From Myxococcota bacterium (lineage in GTDB: Bacteria; Myxococcota_A; UBA796; SXON01): a DNA stretch of 23,233 bases. Position numbers and translations under genes: made by a program. The DNA lies in the NCBI GenBank assembly GCA_040386535.1, contig JAZKFH010000048.1, forward strand, positions 1 through 23,233, read 5' to 3'. The notes under the pieces are model-generated. The model was not told the DNA's origin and searched no databases. It worked only from the letters and a program-made list of their open reading frames with translations. Positions 12,861 to 21,520 of the stretch are shown here, one piece after another; positions within the stretch are counted from its first letter, which is position 1, and each line of letters starts with the position of its first letter.

Positions 12861-13301
12861 GTGGCGATCCTGACCGACTTCTTCGCCGCGACCCGCGCCG
12901 AGGTCGACGCGTTCGACTTCGCCGAGATGCCCAAGGAGCACTTCCCCACGCTCCAGCTCCAGGGCCTCGATCCGGTCAAGATGGCGACCCTCCACACGCT
13001 GCTCATCGGCGCGGACATCCACGACGTCGAGTCCGTCGTCGCCCGCATCCCCGAGCCCATCCACGAGGAGGACGGCGGCGATCTGGTCGTGTTCGCGCTG
13101 CCCGACGCGGTGGTGCGTGGCCTCGCCGATCTGGACGACAACGGCACCGCGCGCCTCGCCGAGCGCTGGATCGCGACCGAGGAGTTCAAGATGGAGGGGT
13201 GGACCCGGGCGGACGTCGACCCCGTGCTCAACGAGTTGCGCACCTTCATGGAAGACGCGGTGCGGGCCGAGCGGGACGTGTTCTTGTGGGTCTGCCTGTA
13301 G
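12861..13301 (+). CDS. Acidic hypothetical protein (146 aa)
   Basis: GTG at 12861 with a GGAG RBS, strong GC3 codon bias and a globular composition. Fits the gap between neighbouring genes. Confidence 0.8.
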   Translation: MAILTDFFAATRAEVDAFDFAEMPKEHFPTLQLQGLDPVKMATLHTLLIGADIHDVESVVARIPEPIHEEDGGDLVVFALPDAVVRGLADLDDNGTARLAERWIATEEFKMEGWTRADVDPVLNELRTFMEDAVRAERDVFLWVCL

Positions 13302-13331
13302 GCGCTACGGGCGCCCGCTCCGACGATCCGG

Positions 13332-15293
13332 TCAGAGCGCGCACCCCAGCACATCCAGCGACGTGCCGCGCAACAGGTTCGAGGCCTCCGCGAATTCCCG
13401 CTCCCAGTAGCAGAGCTCGTCGGCCCAGCGCAGGTAGCCGAACTGGTAGATGGTGGGGTTCTCGCCGGGGACGGTGAGCCGCCCGTCGACGGTGTCGTGC
13501 AGCGACGCGTGGCGGCGGGACACGACGATACGGGCGGACGCGAGGGTGGCGGAGGCGTCGTCGAGGAGGGTGTCGGCGCGGGTGCCGTCCGCCGCCGCCG
13601 CGTAGAGCGTGGCGATGTAGCGGGCGCGCAGGCTGGTCACCTCCAGGCCGTCCGCGACCTCGCGGCTCCACGGATCGTCGCCCGGCGGGGGCGTGATGGC
13701 GCCGAACGCGTCGGCCATCGCGGACAAGGACGCCACCAGGGCGGCGCTCGCCTCGGGCGGCATGTCGCGCACCTCGTCGAAGCCGGGCCGGTCGGGCTGG
13801 GCGAGGACCCCGATCTGGTCGCCGAGGTCGATGAACGTGTCGCGGCCCGCGAGGTAGGCGGCGAGGCGGCCCTCCAGGAGCCAGGTGTGCTCGGCCTCGG
13901 CGAGCGCCACCGCCACGTCCGCGAGCGCGGGATCGACGGGGGCGAACATCTCCGCGTACACGTCGCGCCAGTCGGTGGGGGTGTCCCACGACATGCGCAG
14001 CGCCGCCCAGTCGTTCTGCCAGTACCCCCACTCCCAGCCCGAGGAGAACAACACGTGGTCCTCGAGCGTCGGGAACGCCGCGAGGTCCTCCCAGCGCGAG
14101 CGCACGTAGAGCGGCAGGTACGTCGGCACCGAGTTGTCGAACGCGACCCAGTACGCCGTTTCCGGGAAGTACCCGACCGGCTCGCCCGCCGTGAGCTTCT
14201 CTTCGAGGAACGCCCGATGTTCGTCGAATGTATCATGGCCGTAGGCGCCGCCCGCGTCCTCCAGGAGGTTGTAATACATCACCGTGTGGACCCAGGGCAC
14301 GATGCTCGGGTCCGCGTACTTCACGAGGAAATAGTACAACATCTCCTCGCCCTCGTAGGTGACGCGGAGGTCCTCCTGGTTGCCGACGTGGATGGTCGCC
14401 GTCATCTCGATGCCGGGGTCCGCCTGCCGCACCACCTCCCGAGCGAGGTTGGTCGCCGCGATGAACTCCGCTGGTTCTACGCCTGAAAACTCGCCGAAGG
14501 AGAGGTTCAACACATCCCAGTCGGCCGCCCCGACGAGCCCGGCCACGCGCGTCTCCATGGTGGCGCGCCGGGTCGCCTCGTCGGAGGTTCCGTCGACCAG
14601 ATCGAACGCCTTCTGCAGGTTGCCGGTGCCGAAGAGCTGGATGCCGAGCCCGACGCTCAGGCCCTGCGCGTGCGCGTGGTCCACCACCGTGCGGGTGTCG
14701 GCCTGCCACTGCGCGAGCCGCGAGGAGGACTCGCTGATGTCTTCGAGCGCGACCCACTGCAGGTGGTTGGCGCGGTTGCGCACCGCCCAGTCGCTGATGG
14801 CGGCCGCACGTTCGGGCGACTCGCCGGTCCAGAACGCGTAGAGCGCGTCGATGGGGTGGAGCGTGTGCAGGTGCAGGCCGCGGCGCGCCACGTCAGGCGC
14901 CTGGTCCACGCCGAAGTCGGCGCGGTCGGGCTCCCCGATGGCCGCGGGCGTGAACGTGTCGGTCGGGTGGAAGAAGCGCCACCCGAACGCTTCGAGCATG
15001 GCGCTCACGCCGTAGCGGATCCCCAGCGGCGCGCCCCCGGTGACGGTGTAGACGCCGTCGGCCTCGTCCAGGCGGAAACACTCGTCGCACACGGATGTAT
15101 CAACCGAGACGGCGATGGAGACCGGCGACCGCGAGCGCGCGGCGTCCTCCGACGGGTCGACCACCTCGGCGACCACGATGCGATCGTCGCCGACGGTGGA
15201 GAGGAACAGCGCGAGGCCGCTGCCTTCGGGGGCGTAGACGGTGACCTCGCCCACCTCGGGCGCGGTGCAGGCGAGCAGGGCGAGGAGCGTCAT
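13332..15293 (-). CDS. Putative lipoprotein, glycoside hydrolase-like (GH20/GH67-type N-domain plus probable TIM barrel)
   Basis: 'MTLLALLAC' lipobox. 'ECFRL...YTVTGG..LGIRYGV..MLE.FGWRFFHP' resembles the N-terminal domain of hexosaminidase/glucuronidase-type enzymes, followed by 'P....RRGLHLH'. The function is inferred only. Confidence 0.7.
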   Translation of the reverse strand: MTLLALLACTAPEVGEVTVYAPEGSGLALFLSTVGDDRIVVAEVVDPSEDAARSRSPVSIAVSVDTSVCDECFRLDEADGVYTVTGGAPLGIRYGVSAMLEAFGWRFFHPTDTFTPAAIGEPDRADFGVDQAPDVARRGLHLHTLHPIDALYAFWTGESPERAAAISDWAVRNRANHLQWVALEDISESSSRLAQWQADTRTVVDHAHAQGLSVGLGIQLFGTGNLQKAFDLVDGTSDEATRRATMETRVAGLVGAADWDVLNLSFGEFSGVEPAEFIAATNLAREVVRQADPGIEMTATIHVGNQEDLRVTYEGEEMLYYFLVKYADPSIVPWVHTVMYYNLLEDAGGAYGHDTFDEHRAFLEEKLTAGEPVGYFPETAYWVAFDNSVPTYLPLYVRSRWEDLAAFPTLEDHVLFSSGWEWGYWQNDWAALRMSWDTPTDWRDVYAEMFAPVDPALADVAVALAEAEHTWLLEGRLAAYLAGRDTFIDLGDQIGVLAQPDRPGFDEVRDMPPEASAALVASLSAMADAFGAITPPPGDDPWSREVADGLEVTSLRARYIATLYAAAADGTRADTLLDDASATLASARIVVSRRHASLHDTVDGRLTVPGENPTIYQFGYLRWADELCYWEREFAEASNLLRGTSLDVLGCAL

Positions 15294-15314
15294 CGCGGGA
15301 GGATACCCCAAGCC

Positions 15315-16526
15315 CTACGGCGCGACGCCGATCGCCCCGGGCAACGCATCCAGCCCGTCGCCGAGCGAGAACACGCCGAGATCGGCCACGCCGCCCGCGC
15401 TCATCCGGAGCTGGCGCACGCCGCCCACCTCGCTGCCGAACACGAGCCCGTCGAGCTCGCCGCGGGTGATCGCGACCAGGGCGCTGGGGAGCTGCACGCG
15501 CGACGCGGTGACCGCGCTCGTGGTGCCGGCGTCAGCGTCGAGGACGAAGTAGGCGTCGCCGTAGCCGCTCGACACCAACACCCGCGCGCTCCCGTCGGGG
15601 AACGGCAGGAGCGCCATGGGATCTTCGAGCTCCACGGCGGGTGACACATCGAGCGTCTCGCCCACGCGCACCCGGGCAACGCCCGTGGGCTCGCCGGAGA
15701 ACTCGCTGTTGTCGGCCACGAGCACCCAGTCGCCCACCATCGCCGCGTCGGTCACGTGCGCGTCGTCGTGCCCGAAGGCGTCGGCGCCGTCGACGAAGGT
15801 GGAGGCCACGAACGGGGCCCCGCCGTCCCAGGACAGGCGCGCAACGTCATCCCCGGCGGCCGAGCCCGCCACGTCGCGCCCCACCACCAGCGCCCCGCCG
15901 TCGAGCAGCAGCAGGTCACCGGGGAGCTTCGCTTCGAGCACACGCGCGGCGCCCGAGAGCGCGCCGGTGACGCAGTCGATGTCGACCCGATACACGCCGC
16001 CGCCGTTGTTCACCCAGTTCTGGTCGATGACCCACGCCACCTCCCCCGAGGGGTCCATCACCACGCGGCCGGCGTAGAAGCCGCCGTCGAACGCGGTCTC
16101 GACCACGGCGCCGTTGGCGACGTCGTAGACCACCACGGCGCCGCGCTCGGTCGGCGCGAGGGCGAGCGAGCCGTCGGGCGTGAACACGACCTCGCCGGCG
16201 GAGGCGCGGCCCATCGTGACGCGCGTGCCGGGGTCCGACAGCTCTCCGCCCGCCGTGAGGCTCAACACCGCCCAGACGTCGGAGGCGTCGGCATCCACGG
16301 TGTAGGGAAGCGACACGATCACCGCGCGGTCGCGATCGGCGGGGGCCGGCGTGGCGCGGCAACCCTCGCCCGGCGATGTATCGGTGTCGGATGTATCGGT
16401 GTCGGATGTATCGGTGTCGGACGTATCGGTGTCGGATGTATCATCCGGACCTGATGTATCGTCCGCGCGGTCCTTGTCGTCGGTGGTGTCGTCGGAGGTG
16501 CAGGCGAGGGCGAGGAGCAGCAGCAT
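15315..16526 (-). CDS. Putative lipoprotein with D/T/S linker and probable beta-propeller
   Basis: 'MLLLLALAC' lipobox and DTSDT repeats. Blade-like motifs 'VVFTPDGSLAL', 'VVMDPSGEVAWV' and 'PFPDGSARVLVS'. Confidence 0.75.
   Translation of the reverse strand: MLLLLALACTSDDTTDDKDRADDTSGPDDTSDTDTSDTDTSDTDTSDTDTSPGEGCRATPAPADRDRAVIVSLPYTVDADASDVWAVLSLTAGGELSDPGTRVTMGRASAGEVVFTPDGSLALAPTERGAVVVYDVANGAVVETAFDGGFYAGRVVMDPSGEVAWVIDQNWVNNGGGVYRVDIDCVTGALSGAARVLEAKLPGDLLLLDGGALVVGRDVAGSAAGDDVARLSWDGGAPFVASTFVDGADAFGHDDAHVTDAAMVGDWVLVADNSEFSGEPTGVARVRVGETLDVSPAVELEDPMALLPFPDGSARVLVSSGYGDAYFVLDADAGTTSAVTASRVQLPSALVAITRGELDGLVFGSEVGGVRQLRMSAGGVADLGVFSLGDGLDALPGAIGVAP
16375..16441. repeat. 15-bp tandem repeat encoding (DTSDT)n
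   Basis: GATGTATCGGTGTCG repeated about 4.5 times, one copy with GACGTA. Confidence 0.9.
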
Positions 16527-16553
16527 CCGACCGGGCTAACGCGTACCGCGTCG

Positions 16554-18464
16554 CTACGACTTCCAGCGCAGCTTCGGCACGGGCCCGTCCAGGGTGGGAA
16601 GCGGGCCCACCCCGACGGCGAGCATCTGGGCTTCGAGCTGCGGGACTGTGAAGGGCTTCCCGAGGAACCCCACCTGCCCGGCCTGGAAGATGCGCTGGCT
16701 GACCTGGTCGCGCGCAAAACCCGTAAAGATGATCACGCGCACGTCGGGATCGATCTGGAGCAGGTGCCGCAGCACGTCCTCTCCGTTCATCCCGGGCATC
16801 CGCACGTCGAGCAACACGAACAGGAAGCGCCCGCCGGCCTCGCGGAACCGCGCCAACCCGGCCTCCCCACCGTCGGCGTCCACCGCGTCGAACCCGAGCC
16901 CGTGGAGCAGGCGGCGGGTGGAGAAGCGGACCCACAGGTCATCGTCGATGACGAGGACCCGGGGCTTGTCCGCGGGGGCCGCCACGAGTGTGACTACGGG
17001 CGCGGGGGCCGGCGGCGTGACGAGGAGGGCCGCCACCGCGGGCAGGTAGACGGTCACGGTGGTGCCGTGCCCGGGGCTGCTCGAGAGCAGCAGCGTCCCG
17101 CCGTGATGGCGCGCCACGCCGTACGCCATGGAGAGCCCGAGCCCGGGGCCCAGGCCGATGCCCTTGGTGGTGAAGAAGGGCTCCACGGCGCGCTGGCGCA
17201 CCTCGTCCGTCATGCCCACGCCCGCGTCGGCGATCTCGACGACCGCATAGACCGCCGGCACGAGGTCGGGCGAGCTGAGCGAACCGGCGTGCTCGGTGAC
17301 CCAGCGCGTGGAGAGGGTGACGCGTCCGCCGTCCGGCGACGCATCGACGGCGTTCTGAAGCAGGTTCTCGAGGGCCGCCAGGACCTGGATCGGATCCCCC
17401 TCCACCAGCGGCAGGTCGACCGCGAGCGCAAGGTGGGCGCTGATCCCGCCGCTGCGCTGAGCCAACCAGGCCGCCGCGCCCCGCACGACCCCGTTCAGAT
17501 CGAAGCGCTCGAGGCGATACCGGCCGCCACGCGCGAACCCGAGGAGGTTCGACACGAGGTCGCGCCCGCGTGCGGTCGAGGCGAGGATGCCCTCGACGCT
17601 CACCCGCTGCTCGGCCAGGAGCGTGTGGTCCAGCTCCAGCCCGGCCGCGAGGCCGGCGATGGCCGCCAGCACGTTGTTCATCTCGTGCGCCACCCCCGCC
17701 GCGATCCGTGTGAGGGCGTCGAGCTGCGCCGCGTCCTGGGCGAGGTCCTCGATCTGCCTGCGCTCGGTCACGTCCAGCGCGACGCCGACCGTGCCGGCGA
17801 TCGTGCCGTCTGCCACCCGCAGGCCGTCCACGCGCAGCTCGAACGCCCGCCCGCCCCATGCGAGCGCGAGCGTGGCGCGCCGCCCGGAGAGGCCGAGGCG
17901 ATGCGCCGCCTCCACGTCCGCCAGCCCCGCGGGGTCGAAGAGCTCCAGCACGCTCCGGCCGATGGCCCCGCCGAAGCGCGCAGCCAGGGCGCCGCCGCCA
18001 CCAGCCGAGGTGAGCAGGAGAGATGTGTCGGTCGTCCAGAACAGGGCGGGCGTCTGCTCGAGGAGCAGGCTCAGCCGCGTCTCCCCCTCCCGACGCGCAT
18101 CCACCGCCGCACGCCGCTGGGTCACGTCCCGCAGGAACATCTGCACGGCCGGCTCGCCCGCGTGCATGAGCGGCACTGCGGCCACCTCGACGATCCGGGT
18201 CGAGCCATCCAGCCGACGGAGCGTCTCCTCCGCCGTGTTCTCGGCGCTCTCGAGCGGGGCCCCCACGATCTCGGAGCGCACGGCCTTGAGCATCGGGAGG
18301 TCGAGGCACCGCGACATGGGCAGCCCGAGCACCTCCTCGATGCCGGCTGCCCCGATGAGCCGCACGAACGCGGGGTTCGCGAAGAGGACCTTCCCGTCGC
18401 TCACCATAACCATCGCGTCGGGAGCCAGCTCCACGAGGCGTCGGTAACGATCCGCGTCCAACAT
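16554..18464 (-). CDS. PAS-PAS hybrid sensor histidine kinase with C-terminal receiver (CckA-like architecture)
   Basis: Two PAS domains, H-box 'GVAHEMNNVL', N-box 'NLLQNAVDA', G1 'DAGVGM', F 'EPFFTTK' and G2 'GLGL'. Receiver 'IDDD...LLDVRMPGMNG...KPF'. The start could alternatively be GTG 18557. Confidence 0.93.
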   Translation of the reverse strand: MLDADRYRRLVELAPDAMVMVSDGKVLFANPAFVRLIGAAGIEEVLGLPMSRCLDLPMLKAVRSEIVGAPLESAENTAEETLRRLDGSTRIVEVAAVPLMHAGEPAVQMFLRDVTQRRAAVDARREGETRLSLLLEQTPALFWTTDTSLLLTSAGGGGALAARFGGAIGRSVLELFDPAGLADVEAAHRLGLSGRRATLALAWGGRAFELRVDGLRVADGTIAGTVGVALDVTERRQIEDLAQDAAQLDALTRIAAGVAHEMNNVLAAIAGLAAGLELDHTLLAEQRVSVEGILASTARGRDLVSNLLGFARGGRYRLERFDLNGVVRGAAAWLAQRSGGISAHLALAVDLPLVEGDPIQVLAALENLLQNAVDASPDGGRVTLSTRWVTEHAGSLSSPDLVPAVYAVVEIADAGVGMTDEVRQRAVEPFFTTKGIGLGPGLGLSMAYGVARHHGGTLLLSSSPGHGTTVTVYLPAVAALLVTPPAPAPVVTLVAAPADKPRVLVIDDDLWVRFSTRRLLHGLGFDAVDADGGEAGLARFREAGGRFLFVLLDVRMPGMNGEDVLRHLLQIDPDVRVIIFTGFARDQVSQRIFQAGQVGFLGKPFTVPQLEAQMLAVGVGPLPTLDGPVPKLRWKS

Positions 18465-18553
18465 CGCGCGTTGGATGATCGGACCGGGCACGGCTCCGCC
18501 TCCCTCCTCAGCGCCGGTACCCCCGGGTTCCCCCGGAGGGTACCGGGGGGGGG

Positions 18554-20242
18554 TCACGCGTTCTCCGGCCGGGCGATGGCGCGCCACGTCTTCGGGCGGG
18601 CCTTCGCCTCGACCGCGACGAAGCTCAGCGCGACGAGGCGCGCGATCGCGTCCATCACTTCTTTTCGGGGGAGGGCCGACTCGGCGAGGACATCATCCAG
18701 CGTGACGCGCCGGAGGCGGACGATGGTGTCGAGCACATCCCCCTCGCGGGCGGTCAGGCCGTCGTAACGGTCCCGCGCACGTGGCTGCGGCCGCGGCGTG
18801 CCCGACAGGATGTCGTCGTAGTCGCGCATGTGGCGGCCGATGGACACCCCACGCCCGGTGATCTCGTACTCGCGGAAGTTGCGGGTGTGGCGGCTGCCGC
18901 GCATCTTCACGATGCCGAGGACCGTCCGCAGCCCGCCCTCGAGCTCGACGTAGCGAAGCATGATGATGTCGTCGGCGAGGAAGGAGACCTGCCCCGGGAG
19001 CAGGCGCAGATCCCCACTCGAGGTCAGGGTCTCGACGGTCATCAGCACCGTGACGCCGGAGGCGGTGACCGCGGTGACCAGCCGGTACAGGGACTCCCGG
19101 AAGTCCTCCCGGAACGTCGGCGCGAGCGCGAGCTCGAACCCCGAGAGCGAATCGATCACCAGCCGCGTGGCGCCGAGCTCCTGCACGGACTCGCGGATCT
19201 CGTGCAACGTCTCGTCGACCGACAGGTCGAGCGGACGCAGGTAGAGCACGCGCGCGCGCCCGGCGTCGACCAGCGCCTGGATGTCGAGGCCCAGGGTGCC
19301 GGCCCGCTCCAGGTAGTCCTGCGGCCGCTCCTCGAAGACGAGGATGACGGAGGACTCGCCCTGGGCGGCGCCCTCCGCCACGAAGCGGGTGCCGAAGGCC
19401 GTCTTCCCCGTGCCGGTGGGGCCCGCGAGGACCACGGCGTCCCCCGCCGGAATGCCGCCCCCCAACATCTGGTCGAGCTCGGGGATCCCGAAACAGGCTC
19501 GTGCCGCTCCCCGTCGCGACCGCGCGGGCTCCTTGGGCGTCTCGATCATCCGGGGGAAGATCTGGATGCCCCCGTCGGTGATGCGCATGGTGTGCATCCC
19601 CGGCATCGGCGCGGTGCCCCGCTGCTTGACCACCTGCACCTTGCGCACCATCGAGTTGCGGTCGGGGGACTGGGTGAGCCACAAGATGCCGTCCGCCACG
19701 GTGAACACCGGGTTGCGCATCTCCTGCTCGTTGTACTCGCCGATGAGGAAGGAGGTGACCTCCCGCGTGGTCAGGGTCAGCGCGAGCCGCTGCATGAACT
19801 CGTCGACCTGGCTCCCGTGCTCGGTCTGCATGGCGGCGAACACGGTGCGGAAGCTGTCGACCGCCACGATGGCCGGCTCGATCGCGTCGACCTCGGCGAC
19901 GATGCGCGCGAGAACCTGGTCGAGGTCGCCCCGCATCACCTCGCGGCTGAGGTTGTGCACCCGCACGGCGTTGCCGATGCGCGCCACGTCGAAGAAGTCG
20001 AACTGCTGCTGGTAGCGCATCAGCTTGACAGTGGGCTCGCCAAGCACCGTGAAGAACAGCGCGGGCCGCTCGGGGGTGGCGTTGGCGAAGGCGATCTGCT
20101 GCGTGAGCGTCGTCTTTCCGGTACCCACGCCTCCTGCGATCAGGTTGAACGAGAACTGCGGAATGCCTCCGCCCAGGATGCGGTCGAGCCCCGGCACCCC
20201 GGTCGGGAGCAGGTCGATCTTCACGCGGGCCTTCGAACTCAT
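18554..20242 (-). CDS. KaiC-like double RecA-domain ATPase with C-terminal winged-helix extension
   Basis: Two domains: 'TGVPGLD..LGGG...GGVGTGKT...VAVDS...KQRG' and 'GIPELD.MLGGG...GPTGTGKT...FEE...VIDS...KMRGS.H'. A ~70-aa HTH-like tail follows. Confidence 0.92.
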   Translation of the reverse strand: MSSKARVKIDLLPTGVPGLDRILGGGIPQFSFNLIAGGVGTGKTTLTQQIAFANATPERPALFFTVLGEPTVKLMRYQQQFDFFDVARIGNAVRVHNLSREVMRGDLDQVLARIVAEVDAIEPAIVAVDSFRTVFAAMQTEHGSQVDEFMQRLALTLTTREVTSFLIGEYNEQEMRNPVFTVADGILWLTQSPDRNSMVRKVQVVKQRGTAPMPGMHTMRITDGGIQIFPRMIETPKEPARSRRGAARACFGIPELDQMLGGGIPAGDAVVLAGPTGTGKTAFGTRFVAEGAAQGESSVILVFEERPQDYLERAGTLGLDIQALVDAGRARVLYLRPLDLSVDETLHEIRESVQELGATRLVIDSLSGFELALAPTFREDFRESLYRLVTAVTASGVTVLMTVETLTSSGDLRLLPGQVSFLADDIIMLRYVELEGGLRTVLGIVKMRGSRHTRNFREYEITGRGVSIGRHMRDYDDILSGTPRPQPRARDRYDGLTAREGDVLDTIVRLRRVTLDDVLAESALPRKEVMDAIARLVALSFVAVEAKARPKTWRAIARPENA

Positions 20243-20736
20243 CGGGAGCCTCGTCCCGGCGCGTCGTCCGCCGGCAAGTATTCGCGCCACGCGCGCATGG
20301 TGAGCCGGGTCGCCATCTCCACCCCGACGAAGCGACCGAACAGCTCGATGAACTTCGCCAGGACCCCGCCCAGCGCCTCGTGCACGCGGCCCTGCTCGGC
20401 CGCGCTCGGCGCGAGCACGAGGTGCGCGCCTCCCTTCCCGTCGGCATCGGTCCCCACGCGCGCATCCGCGAGGCAGGCATGCCGTGGCTTCTCGGCGTTG
20501 AGCGCTCGGCGCAGGAGCGCCACGAAGCCGTCGTCTCCGATCCACTCCGCGAGCTCGACCGCCAACGCGTGGACCAACCGATTGCAGACATCGAGGGCGT
20601 CCGCGCCCCCCGCCGCGTCGCCGATCAACACGCTCGCTGCGAGCTCTTGGGGCGTTGGAAGCGCCTGTTGTGGCTCGTGGGGCGTGAGATGTCCGGACTG
20701 GCGGGCGCCATAGCGTCTCGCACCCCTCCCGTCCAC
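20239..20736 (-). CDS. Small alpha-helical hypothetical protein translationally coupled to the KaiC-like gene
   Basis: Its stop overlaps the KaiC-like start (ATGA at 20242-20239). Amphipathic helices with an internal repeat. Start codon uncertain. Confidence 0.72.
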   Translation of the reverse strand: MDGRGARRYGARQSGHLTPHEPQQALPTPQELAASVLIGDAAGGADALDVCNRLVHALAVELAEWIGDDGFVALLRRALNAEKPRHACLADARVGTDADGKGGAHLVLAPSAAEQGRVHEALGGVLAKFIELFGRFVGVEMATRLTMRAWREYLPADDAPGRGSR

Positions 20737-20796
20737 CAGCGGTACGCGCGCCCAAACGAGGTCGGACCTCGGCTACGCGCGTGTTTACGTGTACTC

Positions 20797-21468
20797 ATGA
20801 CGTTGCCCTCCACGCCCCTTATGGTTTCCCCGCACGCGGCCCTTGCTGGCCGGGCGGAGGCCATCGTGCCCACCGCGCGCCACACCGTGCTCCACACGCC
20901 GCTGGCCCCGCCCTACCCGCCGGGGCACGACGTCATCCGCTTCGGCATGGGGTGCTTCTGGGGCGCGGAGCCGCGCTTCTGGACCATTCCGGGCGTGTAC
21001 ACGACCTCTGCCGGCTACGCGGGCGGGTACACCCCGAACCCCACCTACATGGAGACCTTCTCCGGGCAGACGGGCCACCTGGAGACGGTGCAGGTCGTGT
21101 TCGATCCGGCGACCGTCACGCTCGAGGAGCTCCTCGCCGTGTTCTGGGAGGGCCACGACCCGACCCAGAAGAACCGGCAGGGGGGCGACGTGGGCACCCA
21201 GTACCGCTCCGCCGTGCTGGTCACGGACGCGGCGCAGCGAGCGGTCGTCGAGACCTCGAGGACCGCCTACGCGGCCGCGCTCGCGGCGGCCGGCCACCCG
21301 GCCATCCAGACCGAGATCCTCGACCCGGGGGCCTTCTACTTCGCGGAGCCGATGCACCAGCAATACCGGGCCGTGACGCCCGACGGCACGTGTGGGCTCG
21401 GCGGCACCGGGGTGACATGTACGCTCGGGAGCTGCCGGAACGACGGCAAGCCCGGCGCCGGGAAGTAG
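20797..21468 (+). CDS. msrA: Peptide-methionine (S)-S-oxide reductase MsrA
   Basis: 'GCFWG' active site, 'GYAGG.TPNPTY', 'TGH.E.V.V.FDP', '[17 protein letters not shown]', 'HQQY' and C-terminal recycling cysteines. Confidence 0.96.
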   Translation: MTLPSTPLMVSPHAALAGRAEAIVPTARHTVLHTPLAPPYPPGHDVIRFGMGCFWGAEPRFWTIPGVYTTSAGYAGGYTPNPTYMETFSGQTGHLETVQVVFDPATVTLEELLAVFWEGHDPTQKNRQGGDVGTQYRSAVLVTDAAQRAVVETSRTAYAAALAAAGHPAIQTEILDPGAFYFAEPMHQQYRAVTPDGTCGLGGTGVTCTLGSCRNDGKPGAGK

Positions 21469-21520
21469 CCGGAGCCAGCCAGCCCGGGGCGGAGTGATAG
21501 CTTCGTCGCGGGAGGGGTGG

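Noticed and set aside
18554..20242. Bona fide circadian clock kaiC
   Set aside because: No kaiA/kaiB is adjacent, the ST phosphosite pair is incomplete and the tail is different, so it is called KaiC-like only.
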